Source: a virus. From it: 64,000 nt of DNA. Location: positions 1 to 64,000 of IMG/VR virus record IMGVR_UViG_3300025141_012285; one strand, written 5' to 3'. Shown piece after piece: positions 48,480 to 58,310 of the stretch. The notes under the pieces were generated by a model. That model did not search any database. It saw nothing but the letters and a program-made list of their open reading frames with translations, and was not told the origin of the DNA. The first letter of the stretch is position 1; each line of letters starts with the position of its first letter. The position numbers and the translations under genes are program-made.

Positions 48480-48775
48480 GTAAAAACGATCTGGATTCAT
48501 TGATTAACGAGGCCTTGGATAACATCCGCGGCGATCGCAAAGCTGCGCGTGAGTTTCTGAACGAGATAGCAAACTGCATCGTAGCAGCCCCCGAACAGAA
48601 TAAGTATCTTAGCCCGGTTGCGGCAAAACATATAGAAACCCTGCAGCGCTCCAATGAGCAACTAGTGAAGATTATTTCTATCCAAAAGAAAGACCATGAA
48701 ACATCTTTTGAGCTTAGTGACGAAGATAAGGACAGTATTTTCAACCTCATTCAAGGAGAACCGGCCGATGGCTAA
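48476..48775 (+). CDS. hypothetical protein
   Basis: ATGA coupling, 99 aa. Confidence 0.7.
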   Translation: MSKNDLDSLINEALDNIRGDRKAAREFLNEIANCIVAAPEQNKYLSPVAAKHIETLQRSNEQLVKIISIQKKDHETSFELSDEDKDSIFNLIQGEPADG

Positions 48776-49997
48776 AGACCTTATATCCTTTGCTGACCTA
48801 GTGAGCGGCACCGGCGGCATCGACGCGCTGGGATCTGCCATCAGGAAAGCGGCAGCACCCAGCGATAAGTTTACGGGAAAGAATACTTTTAAAGCTCGGA
48901 TTCTTCGTCGTCTTGGCTCCGGCCAAGAGATGGATCCACAAGTCATGCAAAACATGCAAGGACTACCGGCGGGAGAGCAATCTCGCCTTCGGGGAAAGGG
49001 ATATCAGGGTTATTATATTCAGATCTTGGAAGACTCGCCACATGCGTTCTTGCCAGATCCTTGTCCACAAGGAGAGGCCGCCACGGCAAATGTGGGGCAC
49101 AACCAACTTCTCCAGTCAATGTATACGACCGCTCTTTATTCCGGAGAAACCTTGTATGGGGGATGTGAAGTATTGGTTCGTATGGAAAAGAAGGGCTTTT
49201 CTTATGACACTGATATTGCTTATATCGTGGACATCATTGGCTCAAATGTAGCACGCAATCGCCGACAGGGCAATAGATGTGCACAGCCGGCATCGAGCGC
49301 TTATGGAAACAAGAATGCAAGCCCACACGCCATGGGAGTTCCATACGCCGGCCAAAGCGCCGGCGGCGACCTATTAGCGTTTATTGGTAGCGGCGAAGGC
49401 ACTTATAACTCTATGAACCAAGGCACAAGCGGCGGCACCATTATAGGGAGCACCCATAACGCGTCCACCATTTTACCTAAAAATCTTACCGAAATGACAA
49501 TCGCTGAGGTTCTGCAGCACCAAGCAGCCCACTCGTCGATAAAGGGAACGAGCGGTACCCCGCCCGTCCTCTTTGCAGCAGGAAGATACCAGATTATACC
49601 CGTAACCATGTTGCTTGCGCTAGCGGAAACCGGCATTTCACGCGATACCTTATTCAATGCGGCGACCCAAGATAAGTTGGGAAGCGCCCTCCTTTACGGT
49701 ACTAAGAGATCAACACTAGCAGGATACCTTCAGGGGAGACACGACAATATTGAAGCAGCACAGTTAGACTTAGCTCGCGAATGGGCCTCTGTGCCCAGTC
49801 CTGGACCATGCGCTAGCGGGGGCAACAACTGCTCTGGACGCTCATATTACGGCGGAGCGAATAAAGCTTCACAGCATCACAATAATGAAAAAGTACAGAA
49901 GGCCTTGCGCGCAGAACGCGAAAAAAACATCGCTACCGCCGCTGCAGCAGAAAGCGAAAGGGAAGAGAACATGCGTGCACTAGGCATGATAAGTTAA
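48768..49997 (+). CDS. tail-associated protein with C-terminal lysozyme-like muramidase
   Basis: FIGSGEG.YN, MTIAEV, AAGRYQI, ATQD, LAREWASVP. Confidence 0.8.
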   Translation: MAKDLISFADLVSGTGGIDALGSAIRKAAAPSDKFTGKNTFKARILRRLGSGQEMDPQVMQNMQGLPAGEQSRLRGKGYQGYYIQILEDSPHAFLPDPCPQGEAATANVGHNQLLQSMYTTALYSGETLYGGCEVLVRMEKKGFSYDTDIAYIVDIIGSNVARNRRQGNRCAQPASSAYGNKNASPHAMGVPYAGQSAGGDLLAFIGSGEGTYNSMNQGTSGGTIIGSTHNASTILPKNLTEMTIAEVLQHQAAHSSIKGTSGTPPVLFAAGRYQIIPVTMLLALAETGISRDTLFNAATQDKLGSALLYGTKRSTLAGYLQGRHDNIEAAQLDLAREWASVPSPGPCASGGNNCSGRSYYGGANKASQHHNNEKVQKALRAEREKNIATAAAAESEREENMRALGMIS

Positions 49998-50007
49998 AGA
50001 GGAAAAT

Positions 50008-51015
50008 ATGACAACTAAAATTTACGACAACAAAAACAAAGAAAACAAACCATCAGAAACACCACCCACTGCCCAACAGAGAATAGACTCGGGCCAGAGG
50101 CCTCAATATGCCGAGAACGGACTTTTCCATAGCCCGATTGCGGTACAAAATATTCATTATAAGGTAGCCCCCAACGAAGAGATCCTTCAAAATGAGGGCT
50201 CTTATATAGTTTTGGGCACCGATCGACCCGACGCTGCCGCCTCGGGTTATGGAGCGATGGGCTCTAACCGCGCCAACTCTATTGATTTGGTGGTTGGGCG
50301 CATGGCAAATGCCGGAAAAGGTGAAGGCCCTCCCGGTCAAGAAGGTGGTACTGCGTATGTTGACAATTCTATGTTTGCTGACGCCGCAAGGGTTCTTATA
50401 AATCAACTAACTGACGTTGACAAGAACTTTGGTTTGGCAGCCGGCAACACAGGCCCATCCAAAGCCCGCGCCTCTATTGCGGCAAAAGCCGACACTATTC
50501 GCCTAATTGGCCGCGAAGGTGTCAACATTGTCACGGGCGAAGCTCTGGATCCCGATGGTTATGGCTTAACTGGAGAGACTAACTCTCTGGGTGGGAAAAT
50601 TTCAGTAAGGGCACCTGAAATCAATCTTATCGCGGGCAACCACACTGGTACATATATTACCTACGGCGGTATTTATCATCCTCTCGAAAAAATTCGAAAC
50701 CTGCAGCCCGCAGTGAGAGGTGACTTATTGCGAGATGCACTGCTTGAAATAACCGACTGCATAGAAGACATCTTTGCCTCTTTGTTCGTCATAGGTTGGA
50801 CATCGATGATGCATAACGCTCTAAACGCATTCATGTTCCCCTACCCAATGTGGCCGGGATCGATGGGCAATGCGTCTTCATTCCTCACGCAGAACTTGAA
50901 TTGGGTAATAAATGCTAACTATCAGGCCCGCATCAACATGAACTTTATCCAGTTCAACTATATGAATGTGGGCGGATATAAGTACATTTGTAGTCGGAAC
51001 GTAAACATAACTTAG
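50008..51015 (+). CDS. putative baseplate hub/spike protein
   Basis: SYIVLGTDRP, SIDLVVGR, KADTIRLIGRE beta-strand pattern; position before gp25. Confidence 0.6.
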   Translation: MTTKIYDNKNKENKPSETPPTAQQRIDSGQRPQYAENGLFHSPIAVQNIHYKVAPNEEILQNEGSYIVLGTDRPDAAASGYGAMGSNRANSIDLVVGRMANAGKGEGPPGQEGGTAYVDNSMFADAARVLINQLTDVDKNFGLAAGNTGPSKARASIAAKADTIRLIGREGVNIVTGEALDPDGYGLTGETNSLGGKISVRAPEINLIAGNHTGTYITYGGIYHPLEKIRNLQPAVRGDLLRDALLEITDCIEDIFASLFVIGWTSMMHNALNAFMFPYPMWPGSMGNASSFLTQNLNWVINANYQARINMNFIQFNYMNVGGYKYICSRNVNIT

Positions 51016-51024
51016 GGTTTTAAC

Positions 51025-54000
51025 ATGGCAGAATATACGAAAGCTAGCAAAAATTTAACAATGGTACCGACTCCGGAACTGGAAGCTCCCGACGGTCAGT
51101 CTCCGTATTTACCGTTCCAAGATAAAAATGGTGATGGCATGCCTGATATCTGTGGCGACGTTACACCACCGGTTAAAGTTTGTAAAAGTTGTATTCCCAA
51201 CCCCTACACCATTGTCTCAAACTGGCGAGACATGCAATCAGGAGTCCCTCGTATAAATGAAAAGAACTGTATGTATGAAGTGCAGTTAACGACCCCCAGA
51301 ACAACCACTGGATATAACGCTAAAATGACCGACGATGAGGCCGAAGCGGCCCTAAAGGAAATCTGGGAGTTTCATGCACCGGGCACGATTCAACAAATGC
51401 TTGAGTATCTTCAGAAAGATGATTCTCAAGAAAGTATTGATAAGATCTTAGCGGTTGTACAATATACTGACTTCTACATGGATCCGCGCCCACGATCACG
51501 ACTTAAACTGCTTTATTCTGTAGACTACGACGATGTATTGGCCCTCCCTGATTTAGAGAACGACGACGATGCAGCCGACGAAGAGCCCATAGACAAAACA
51601 GACATAAAAGTTTCGATTAACGCTTCGATGTTGAATGTCACGGCTCTTAAGCTTCGCAAAGGTCTTGATCTATATAATAGGTATTTGAAAGTATATAGAG
51701 CTACAGAGGGCGGCAACTTAAAATTTAAAGAGAGCGACGTGATTTTTAATCTCGGAGAATATGGCGACGATGGATTTTTTGGTTCGGGCGCTGTAGCGGA
51801 TCTTGTTGACGAACTGGATTCGTGGCTTGATGCGCGAGGCTTTACCCTCAATGTTAGTTTCGGGGACTTCTTTAGTTCGGATGCAATGGTCACCAAACTA
51901 GATTGTGTTTTCACCTACGATTATAAAATCAAAAAGATGAAAGTATATACCGCAGGCTGTTTGGATAGGCCAAGAAGAACGTACGGTAAAAAACGATTGG
52001 CATCATTGCGCCGCCGCTCAACTTGGCGAGATAAAACCGCGGTAGCTTATTTTGCCAAGCAAAATGATATGGTCCGTGATCTCGGCTCCCGCGTACCGAT
52101 TCCGTGGATTGAATTCTTAACCAAATATACTTATCCGGAAATTTACGACTTTAAGCCAGAAGGACCCATGGGCTCCCCCACTATCAGTGATTGTATAGCC
52201 AATAACCTCGAAAACGAGTTCAAAGAACTTGGCCAAGATATTTTTGATGAAGTATTCAGCTTGGGTGATGCTATTGCTAAGGCCTTCCATGATTCGTTGT
52301 GTCGCTCCAATCCAGACGAGGTTGACAAAGACTTTGGGGAAATGGGCCTTAACGCCGCGGCAACCTTTGCAGACGCATTCAATATGGAAACTATGGCAGA
52401 GTTCCAATCATTCTTTACGGTAGATGAGAAAGATCCTATCTTCGTTAACATGTGTAAAAAGATATTAGCCCCGGCCGGCAGTGTCGCCGGCGCCGTTTTA
52501 GGCTGCAGCGGCGGTGGCTTTGGTCTGGCCGGCATGGATAGCTTATATAGATACGGCCTAGGCCCTCTTAAAAATTGCGGATTATTTGACCTGTTATTCG
52601 AAGCAATGGAGTGCTTATTTAAGGGCCTCAGCATGGACGAAGCGCTTGGTCGAATTGTCCTGTCGGCACTAAAAGCCATGGGCGTTGAGGACTTTGGCGA
52701 GTTATTTGTTGGTCTTCCTGATGACAAGAAGAGAGAACTTGACGCACTAGTCAAAAAGAATCTTGCGTCAGGGAAGAGTTTTGGAAGATTAGGAGATGAC
52801 CCCTCTCCACGCAAAGAGGCCGCACCGTTCTGGGGCGGCTATAATTTAAAGCGCCCATGGGAAAATGAAGAATACATGGCCCAACAAAAAGCCAACGCGC
52901 GCCCGGGCCCCCACGGCAGCACTACATCAAAGACTCCGGCGACCCCGGGCGAAAAGAGAACATTATCGGCAATGCTAGCCGGCCCATCCGATCAACAAAA
53001 GGGAGAATTGGATCCCAACATAGTGCTCGAAGCTTATATATTGGGTTTGATCGAGGTGTACGAGGGCAACTATCTAGTATTACTAGATCAGTTAAGCAAC
53101 TTCCCCGGCGCGCAACTGATTTCCGCAGTTATCGCTCTTCTTGATTGCCCCGCTCCTCCTCTCTTTAATCCCGGTATTGATGATTTTATCAAGAGCCTTG
53201 GGTTGCCGTTCTGTCGTGATCCCATGGATGTCGTTGCCATTCGCTTCGAGAATCCTTTTAGAGCATGGCCTAAACTATCTGACATTCTGGGGCTCCTCTT
53301 TGCGCTTCTAAAGTGTCTCCTCAAGATGCTCATCCTGAAGATCCTCCTAGCTATCTTGGGTAAAATTTGCGAGATTATTGGAAATGCGATCTGTAAGGCA
53401 CTCGAAACAGTGGGGGCGGTGGCAGGCTCACTACCCGAGATTCTCAGCGGCCGCGAAAGTCTAGCTGGGGTTATTAGAGATACTATCTGCGGGCCTTCTG
53501 CCTCGGACAAACAGGTAGAAGACACCGTTGTTTCACTGGTAGACCAGCTTGGTATTGGCGGTGCAGCCTTGGCCGACAGAGAGAAGGCGATTAGTTTCTT
53601 TGCTGATACTATGAACACAATGACGCGCGAGGAAGTCTTTACATCGTTCATCGATCCGACGGGCATGCCGGCCCACGCCCGCGATTTGGTAGACAACATT
53701 ATCGAGTTTGATTACCCCGAATATCGCGATGCCTTCCCCACAAAGTCATCCATTGCCAACTTCTATAGGAATGTTGGACTCTTAATCCCTGTTGAAACGC
53801 GAAGCCAATTGCAGTCGATGTTGGAACAGTATCCAGAAGAAGCCGGAGAGCCAGCCAACCCATCGATGTGTTCGACGCCGGAAGAGCTAGATCTATTCAA
53901 CGCTCAGCGGTGTGCTATTTTAGAAGGCCGCATGTCCCCGGCACAATGTGAAGCATTAAATGCAAGTGCCAAAAATCAACTACTTGAAGATTTAGATGAT

Positions 54001-57000
54001 GTTGCCAATGTCCTCAACAAGGGTGTATCCAATCTTGTAGAAGAATTGATGCCACCAGTATTTTCTGATCCCGGGTGTGACAATGGGATTCTTCCCCATA
54101 CACCTGATGAAATTTTACAAACGGCTAACATGGTCCTCGACAGCAACATGAAATACATGGAAGCCACGTTTGCGGCCGATATGCTTGGCGATGGCGGATT
54201 CAGCCTTTTCAATAACCACGAAGATTGGGGATTCCTCAATATGGTCCTTTCGGATACTTATGGAAACCCATGGACTGTCCATCAAGACAAGACCGCCAAC
54301 GGCGCCGAATGGGTTTCCTATTACGGAGAGATCTCTGACGAAGAACCATTTGGTCCCCCAGACCCCCCTGCAAGTCCGTGGAAAATCCCTATCTGGCTTA
54401 TTGCGCTCATGGGATGGCTGATTCTGTTTCCTCTTCTTGTGGTCATTTATATAATCGATTTGATGTTCTTTGGCTCTCGACGCGGCGCTTACCCCCAATA
54501 TGTGGCTGGTTGGCTAAAAGGCCAGTATCAAAGAGGTGGAAACCCTGCATCGGGTACCAGAACACTGCCCAAAGAAGCCAGAGGCCGCGGCGTGGGGGAA
54601 CCCACAGGTCTCATTACGTCCGACCTCTTTGGTAAGAGCTTAACTAGCGACGCCTCCTCTATGGTGTTCGAACCGAACCAGAACAAAAGGGAAACTAAAA
54701 CATTCTATAAATCATTCGACGATCTTGGCTTCGAGGGATTTTTGTGGGATACTGATGTTGAGTTGGTGGATGTCCCATCTTATGGCTATAATGTGACGGC
54801 GAAACCACAGTTTAACAATGATAGAGTGAAGTTTACTAAAGAACCCCGCAAGGACACACCAGATATTCGTTTAACCTTCAAGGACAACGCGAAGGGATAT
54901 CGCACCGGCCCCAACGGCGGCCAATCTAAGTGGGCGTATGGATATCAAGTTAATGCGTTCTATCATGATTTGATAGTCCCGTCCGGCAATATGTTCAGGA
55001 ATCGCCCTGACGACAATGTTAGAGTCTCAATAACCACAGCAATTAACTTCGGTGCAAAAGAGGGTCAAGATACCTCTACACTTTCCGAGAGCGATAAAAA
55101 GAAAATGGACAGCAAGGAAGATGAGAATAAGATTGTACGGGTTAAAAGGATGGAATGGCTGTCGGTAGACGACAGCTTGGGCGATCTGGCAATGGACCAA
55201 TATCCAACATTACAAAAGAGCTTTGAAGAATATAAGTCTTATTCTCCCCCTATTGGCGCATTATTAGATTTAACCCGCGGGAAAATGACATTTAATGAAG
55301 CAGAAAAGATGTATACAGAAGTCAATCAATCATTCTATGATGACATGGTTGACGAAATAGGTAGCAACGAGCGCGCATGGTTGTTCGGCGCCACAATGGA
55401 TCCGCTTATGCGCAGCGACTTCGATTATGGAGTTACTATGGACGACGAGCTTTTAGGCTCCGGTTATGGCGGAGGTCCATCGGGCTCATTTGTTCCCATC
55501 TGGGACCTCACATTTAAAGTTGAGGGCGAAGATGTCCCAGCTTGGGCCACCGACGCGACCGTTATGGGGATCAGCCGCGACATGCACAATCATAATACTA
55601 GTGACCCCCCCACACCTGAAAGAACCCGAGTCTTCTATCTTGATCCGGGCAAGTACGGAGGCAATGCTATCTTTCCCCCTGTTTATGCAAAGCCTATGCC
55701 GAACACCGGCTGGACTGGTATGGTGGATATAATGTTCCCCGAACGCAGCCCTTGTAGTCCTAAAATAGAAGGCATCGCCGGTTTCGGCGAAGTCCAAGAA
55801 ATGGTTTCAAAAACTTATGCGTCTCTATCCGAAGACCCTCGTTTGATGGGCTCTCCTGATTGTACCAAAGAACTACCATTTGATCGAATCCTGACTCGCT
55901 CTGGCAAGTGCGCAATCCGCGGCCTTATCATGGCTGGAATCCGGGCCTTTGCAAATGTTTCAATAATAAAATCATTGCCTGTATTTTCCACATTCGCGCC
56001 CAAGTTTCCAAGCAACTACAGCAATGCTTACGCGGGTTATATTGTAGAGATAATGAAAGAAGAGATGATGACAACCGGCACTGGTTTCTTAAATCCATTT
56101 AGTGACAACGAGTTCTGGTATGCCTTCCTTGAAATGTCGGTGCAGTTTTATGTTGAGCGCCTCGGCGATGATGAGGACAAGTTCGTTACAGTGGAGACTA
56201 TGCCTGAGCACGTACGTAATGCGCTCGACAAGATTGATCAGCTTCAGAAAACTTATAAATATCCTTGGGATTTCGATGATTTCAACAGCGAAGACTATGG
56301 GACGTTTGAGTCTATGAAAAGTTTTAGAGAGAGTAAAAACCTAGAAGCTGTACAGCGTGTGGAAAGTGATGCAAAAATAGTTCTGCAAGAGTTGGTGGCG
56401 GAACAATTAAGTTCCGTTGGCGCCAACTTTGTGAAGGCATACAGTCGTGCGAACGCGACACCCACCCACTATAATATGAATTTCTGGTTCTACAACAAAT
56501 ATTGTCAAGGCGGAGCAGATCTTAAACTGCGCGGCAAACATATTTCCCGACCCAAGGCTCAGTCGCTCCCGATGTCTGGCTCGAACCACTACAGCACCGG
56601 AGATATGTTAGCGCTGCCCAGCGGCCACCCCTATGTGGGGGAATATCACGTTCAGAGGGACATCGATGGGTATAATATGTATATGGCCGGCCCAGAGCAT
56701 GCTGAAGATGAAAAACACGATCGGCTTGTGCCTTTCGCTGATATATTAGAAGTGGTTAGTCGCGACGAAGATGGTAAGGAAACGCTGCTGGGAGACATCC
56801 CTAATACGAGCCCGACGTATGCTTCAACGGATATCCACAAACAATTTTACTTGAAAAAATATATTGAGGTAGGCGGCACCCGGATGACCAATGAGGAAGC
56901 AAAAGCTTTTATACGACCCCTTAATGGAAATATTTCAGATCATTATCCCGGAAACATTAAACTGGTGAAAGAAAAAATAATAAAAGACAATGTGGTAATC

Positions 57001-57885
57001 GGAGAGGGTAAACCAATTGGTATCACCGGTGAACTGGGTGTATACTACGGCTTAGAGATAGGGATTATGGCAGCTTCCGGCCCCATCCCGATTGCGCGCA
57101 CAACAGTGGGTGCATTAGATCTTCCGTGCGCTAAGTTTCAGGGAGTGGAGGCAAATAGCAAGTTGTTATTATGCTTAATCGATCAGCTTGAAACTGAGGA
57201 CAACTACCGCTTAATGGTTGATTATATCTTTTCCATGAAGAAGGCCACCGCAATGCTGGCTATTTATAATGATTTGGGTCTTCTTCCCTCGATCGGAGAA
57301 TGGACTGCAGAATCTGGCGCCCTTAAGTCCCCGGGCATGCCCGAGAGCATTATTCCTCTAGAGCCGCCCGGAGACGGCGGCAAGCCCGGCGGCCACTTCA
57401 ATCGCAGCTTTGTTTGGATGGAAGCCGAGCGCGATTCCCTCGGCGAACAAGTAATTATCTCCACGTGGGATGAGGCTACCCAAGAATATATTCCAACCGC
57501 CGATCCTCCGGAGGGCCACACCAACCCCAAAATAGCATATATTGTACCGGACCCATACTTTATCCCCGGATGGCTTTCTGAAGACGATCGAAACGGTTGG
57601 TTCACAAGCTTCGGGTTCTTGGACTTCGATGAATGGGATCAGAGTTGTCTGCGCAAGATGACTTCTTACATGAAAAGCGCATTCAAATCCAATTACAGGA
57701 ACAGGAAGTTTGGTCTTGACGACGGCCCTGAACGAGATCCGGGCGCCGAATGGGTCGCCGGCGTTGTTGAAAAATTCAGATATAACGCCGCTTTTCAGAT
57801 ATTACCTTGGTTCCAGAAAAAGCAAGCGCGCGGGAATGTGTTTAATGCCAATGGCGAAGAATGTTCACGCAAGAACTCTAGTTGA
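51025..57885 (+). CDS. very large (2286 aa) structural protein
   Basis: long ORF within the baseplate cluster; two hydrophobic helices. Confidence 0.7.
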   Translation: MAEYTKASKNLTMVPTPELEAPDGQSPYLPFQDKNGDGMPDICGDVTPPVKVCKSCIPNPYTIVSNWRDMQSGVPRINEKNCMYEVQLTTPRTTTGYNAKMTDDEAEAALKEIWEFHAPGTIQQMLEYLQKDDSQESIDKILAVVQYTDFYMDPRPRSRLKLLYSVDYDDVLALPDLENDDDAADEEPIDKTDIKVSINASMLNVTALKLRKGLDLYNRYLKVYRATEGGNLKFKESDVIFNLGEYGDDGFFGSGAVADLVDELDSWLDARGFTLNVSFGDFFSSDAMVTKLDCVFTYDYKIKKMKVYTAGCLDRPRRTYGKKRLASLRRRSTWRDKTAVAYFAKQNDMVRDLGSRVPIPWIEFLTKYTYPEIYDFKPEGPMGSPTISDCIANNLENEFKELGQDIFDEVFSLGDAIAKAFHDSLCRSNPDEVDKDFGEMGLNAAATFADAFNMETMAEFQSFFTVDEKDPIFVNMCKKILAPAGSVAGAVLGCSGGGFGLAGMDSLYRYGLGPLKNCGLFDLLFEAMECLFKGLSMDEALGRIVLSALKAMGVEDFGELFVGLPDDKKRELDALVKKNLASGKSFGRLGDDPSPRKEAAPFWGGYNLKRPWENEEYMAQQKANARPGPHGSTTSKTPATPGEKRTLSAMLAGPSDQQKGELDPNIVLEAYILGLIEVYEGNYLVLLDQLSNFPGAQLISAVIALLDCPAPPLFNPGIDDFIKSLGLPFCRDPMDVVAIRFENPFRAWPKLSDILGLLFALLKCLLKMLILKILLAILGKICEIIGNAICKALETVGAVAGSLPEILSGRESLAGVIRDTICGPSASDKQVEDTVVSLVDQLGIGGAALADREKAISFFADTMNTMTREEVFTSFIDPTGMPAHARDLVDNIIEFDYPEYRDAFPTKSSIANFYRNVGLLIPVETRSQLQSMLEQYPEEAGEPANPSMCSTPEELDLFNAQRCAILEGRMSPAQCEALNASAKNQLLEDLDDVANVLNKGVSNLVEELMPPVFSDPGCDNGILPHTPDEILQTANMVLDSNMKYMEATFAADMLGDGGFSLFNNHEDWGFLNMVLSDTYGNPWTVHQDKTANGAEWVSYYGEISDEEPFGPPDPPASPWKIPIWLIALMGWLILFPLLVVIYIIDLMFFGSRRGAYPQYVAGWLKGQYQRGGNPASGTRTLPKEARGRGVGEPTGLITSDLFGKSLTSDASSMVFEPNQNKRETKTFYKSFDDLGFEGFLWDTDVELVDVPSYGYNVTAKPQFNNDRVKFTKEPRKDTPDIRLTFKDNAKGYRTGPNGGQSKWAYGYQVNAFYHDLIVPSGNMFRNRPDDNVRVSITTAINFGAKEGQDTSTLSESDKKKMDSKEDENKIVRVKRMEWLSVDDSLGDLAMDQYPTLQKSFEEYKSYSPPIGALLDLTRGKMTFNEAEKMYTEVNQSFYDDMVDEIGSNERAWLFGATMDPLMRSDFDYGVTMDDELLGSGYGGGPSGSFVPIWDLTFKVEGEDVPAWATDATVMGISRDMHNHNTSDPPTPERTRVFYLDPGKYGGNAIFPPVYAKPMPNTGWTGMVDIMFPERSPCSPKIEGIAGFGEVQEMVSKTYASLSEDPRLMGSPDCTKELPFDRILTRSGKCAIRGLIMAGIRAFANVSIIKSLPVFSTFAPKFPSNYSNAYAGYIVEIMKEEMMTTGTGFLNPFSDNEFWYAFLEMSVQFYVERLGDDEDKFVTVETMPEHVRNALDKIDQLQKTYKYPWDFDDFNSEDYGTFESMKSFRESKNLEAVQRVESDAKIVLQELVAEQLSSVGANFVKAYSRANATPTHYNMNFWFYNKYCQGGADLKLRGKHISRPKAQSLPMSGSNHYSTGDMLALPSGHPYVGEYHVQRDIDGYNMYMAGPEHAEDEKHDRLVPFADILEVVSRDEDGKETLLGDIPNTSPTYASTDIHKQFYLKKYIEVGGTRMTNEEAKAFIRPLNGNISDHYPGNIKLVKEKIIKDNVVIGEGKPIGITGELGVYYGLEIGIMAASGPIPIARTTVGALDLPCAKFQGVEANSKLLLCLIDQLETEDNYRLMVDYIFSMKKATAMLAIYNDLGLLPSIGEWTAESGALKSPGMPESIIPLEPPGDGGKPGGHFNRSFVWMEAERDSLGEQVIISTWDEATQEYIPTADPPEGHTNPKIAYIVPDPYFIPGWLSEDDRNGWFTSFGFLDFDEWDQSCLRKMTSYMKSAFKSNYRNRKFGLDDGPERDPGAEWVAGVVEKFRYNAAFQILPWFQKKQARGNVFNANGEECSRKNSS

Positions 57886-57927
57886 TTATTCACAACCGAT
57901 CTAAATATTTAAAACAGGAAAAAGTAC

Positions 57928-58296
57928 ATGGCATCACTCTCAGTCAGATTACCTCTTGAGCGCAATTCCTCTGATGGTTTTCAAATGATCAAAAGCTTCA
58001 AAGATATGATTAAGCAAAATTTTAAAATGCTTTTATTGACATCACCCGGCGAACGAGTGATGGAGCCAGAATTCGGAGTGGGCTTGAGACAATACCTATT
58101 TGAAAACTTTTCTGAGTCAACGTTTGCCAAAATAGAGAGAAATATCCTTAAGCAAGCTAAAATTTATTTGCCCGCTGTTGCGATTGAAGAAGTATTTTTC
58201 ACAGCCATGGATGAAAACGCAAATGCACTTAGTGTTCGAATCAAGTACGCAGTACCGAATTTAAATACTAAAGATTTATTAGAATTTACTATTTAA
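57928..58296 (+). CDS. baseplate wedge subunit, gp25-like
   Basis: LLLTSPGERVMEPEFGVGL. Confidence 0.92.
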   Translation: MASLSVRLPLERNSSDGFQMIKSFKDMIKQNFKMLLLTSPGERVMEPEFGVGLRQYLFENFSESTFAKIERNILKQAKIYLPAVAIEEVFFTAMDENANALSVRIKYAVPNLNTKDLLEFTI

Positions 58297-58310
58297 ATTG
58301 AGGATTTTTT

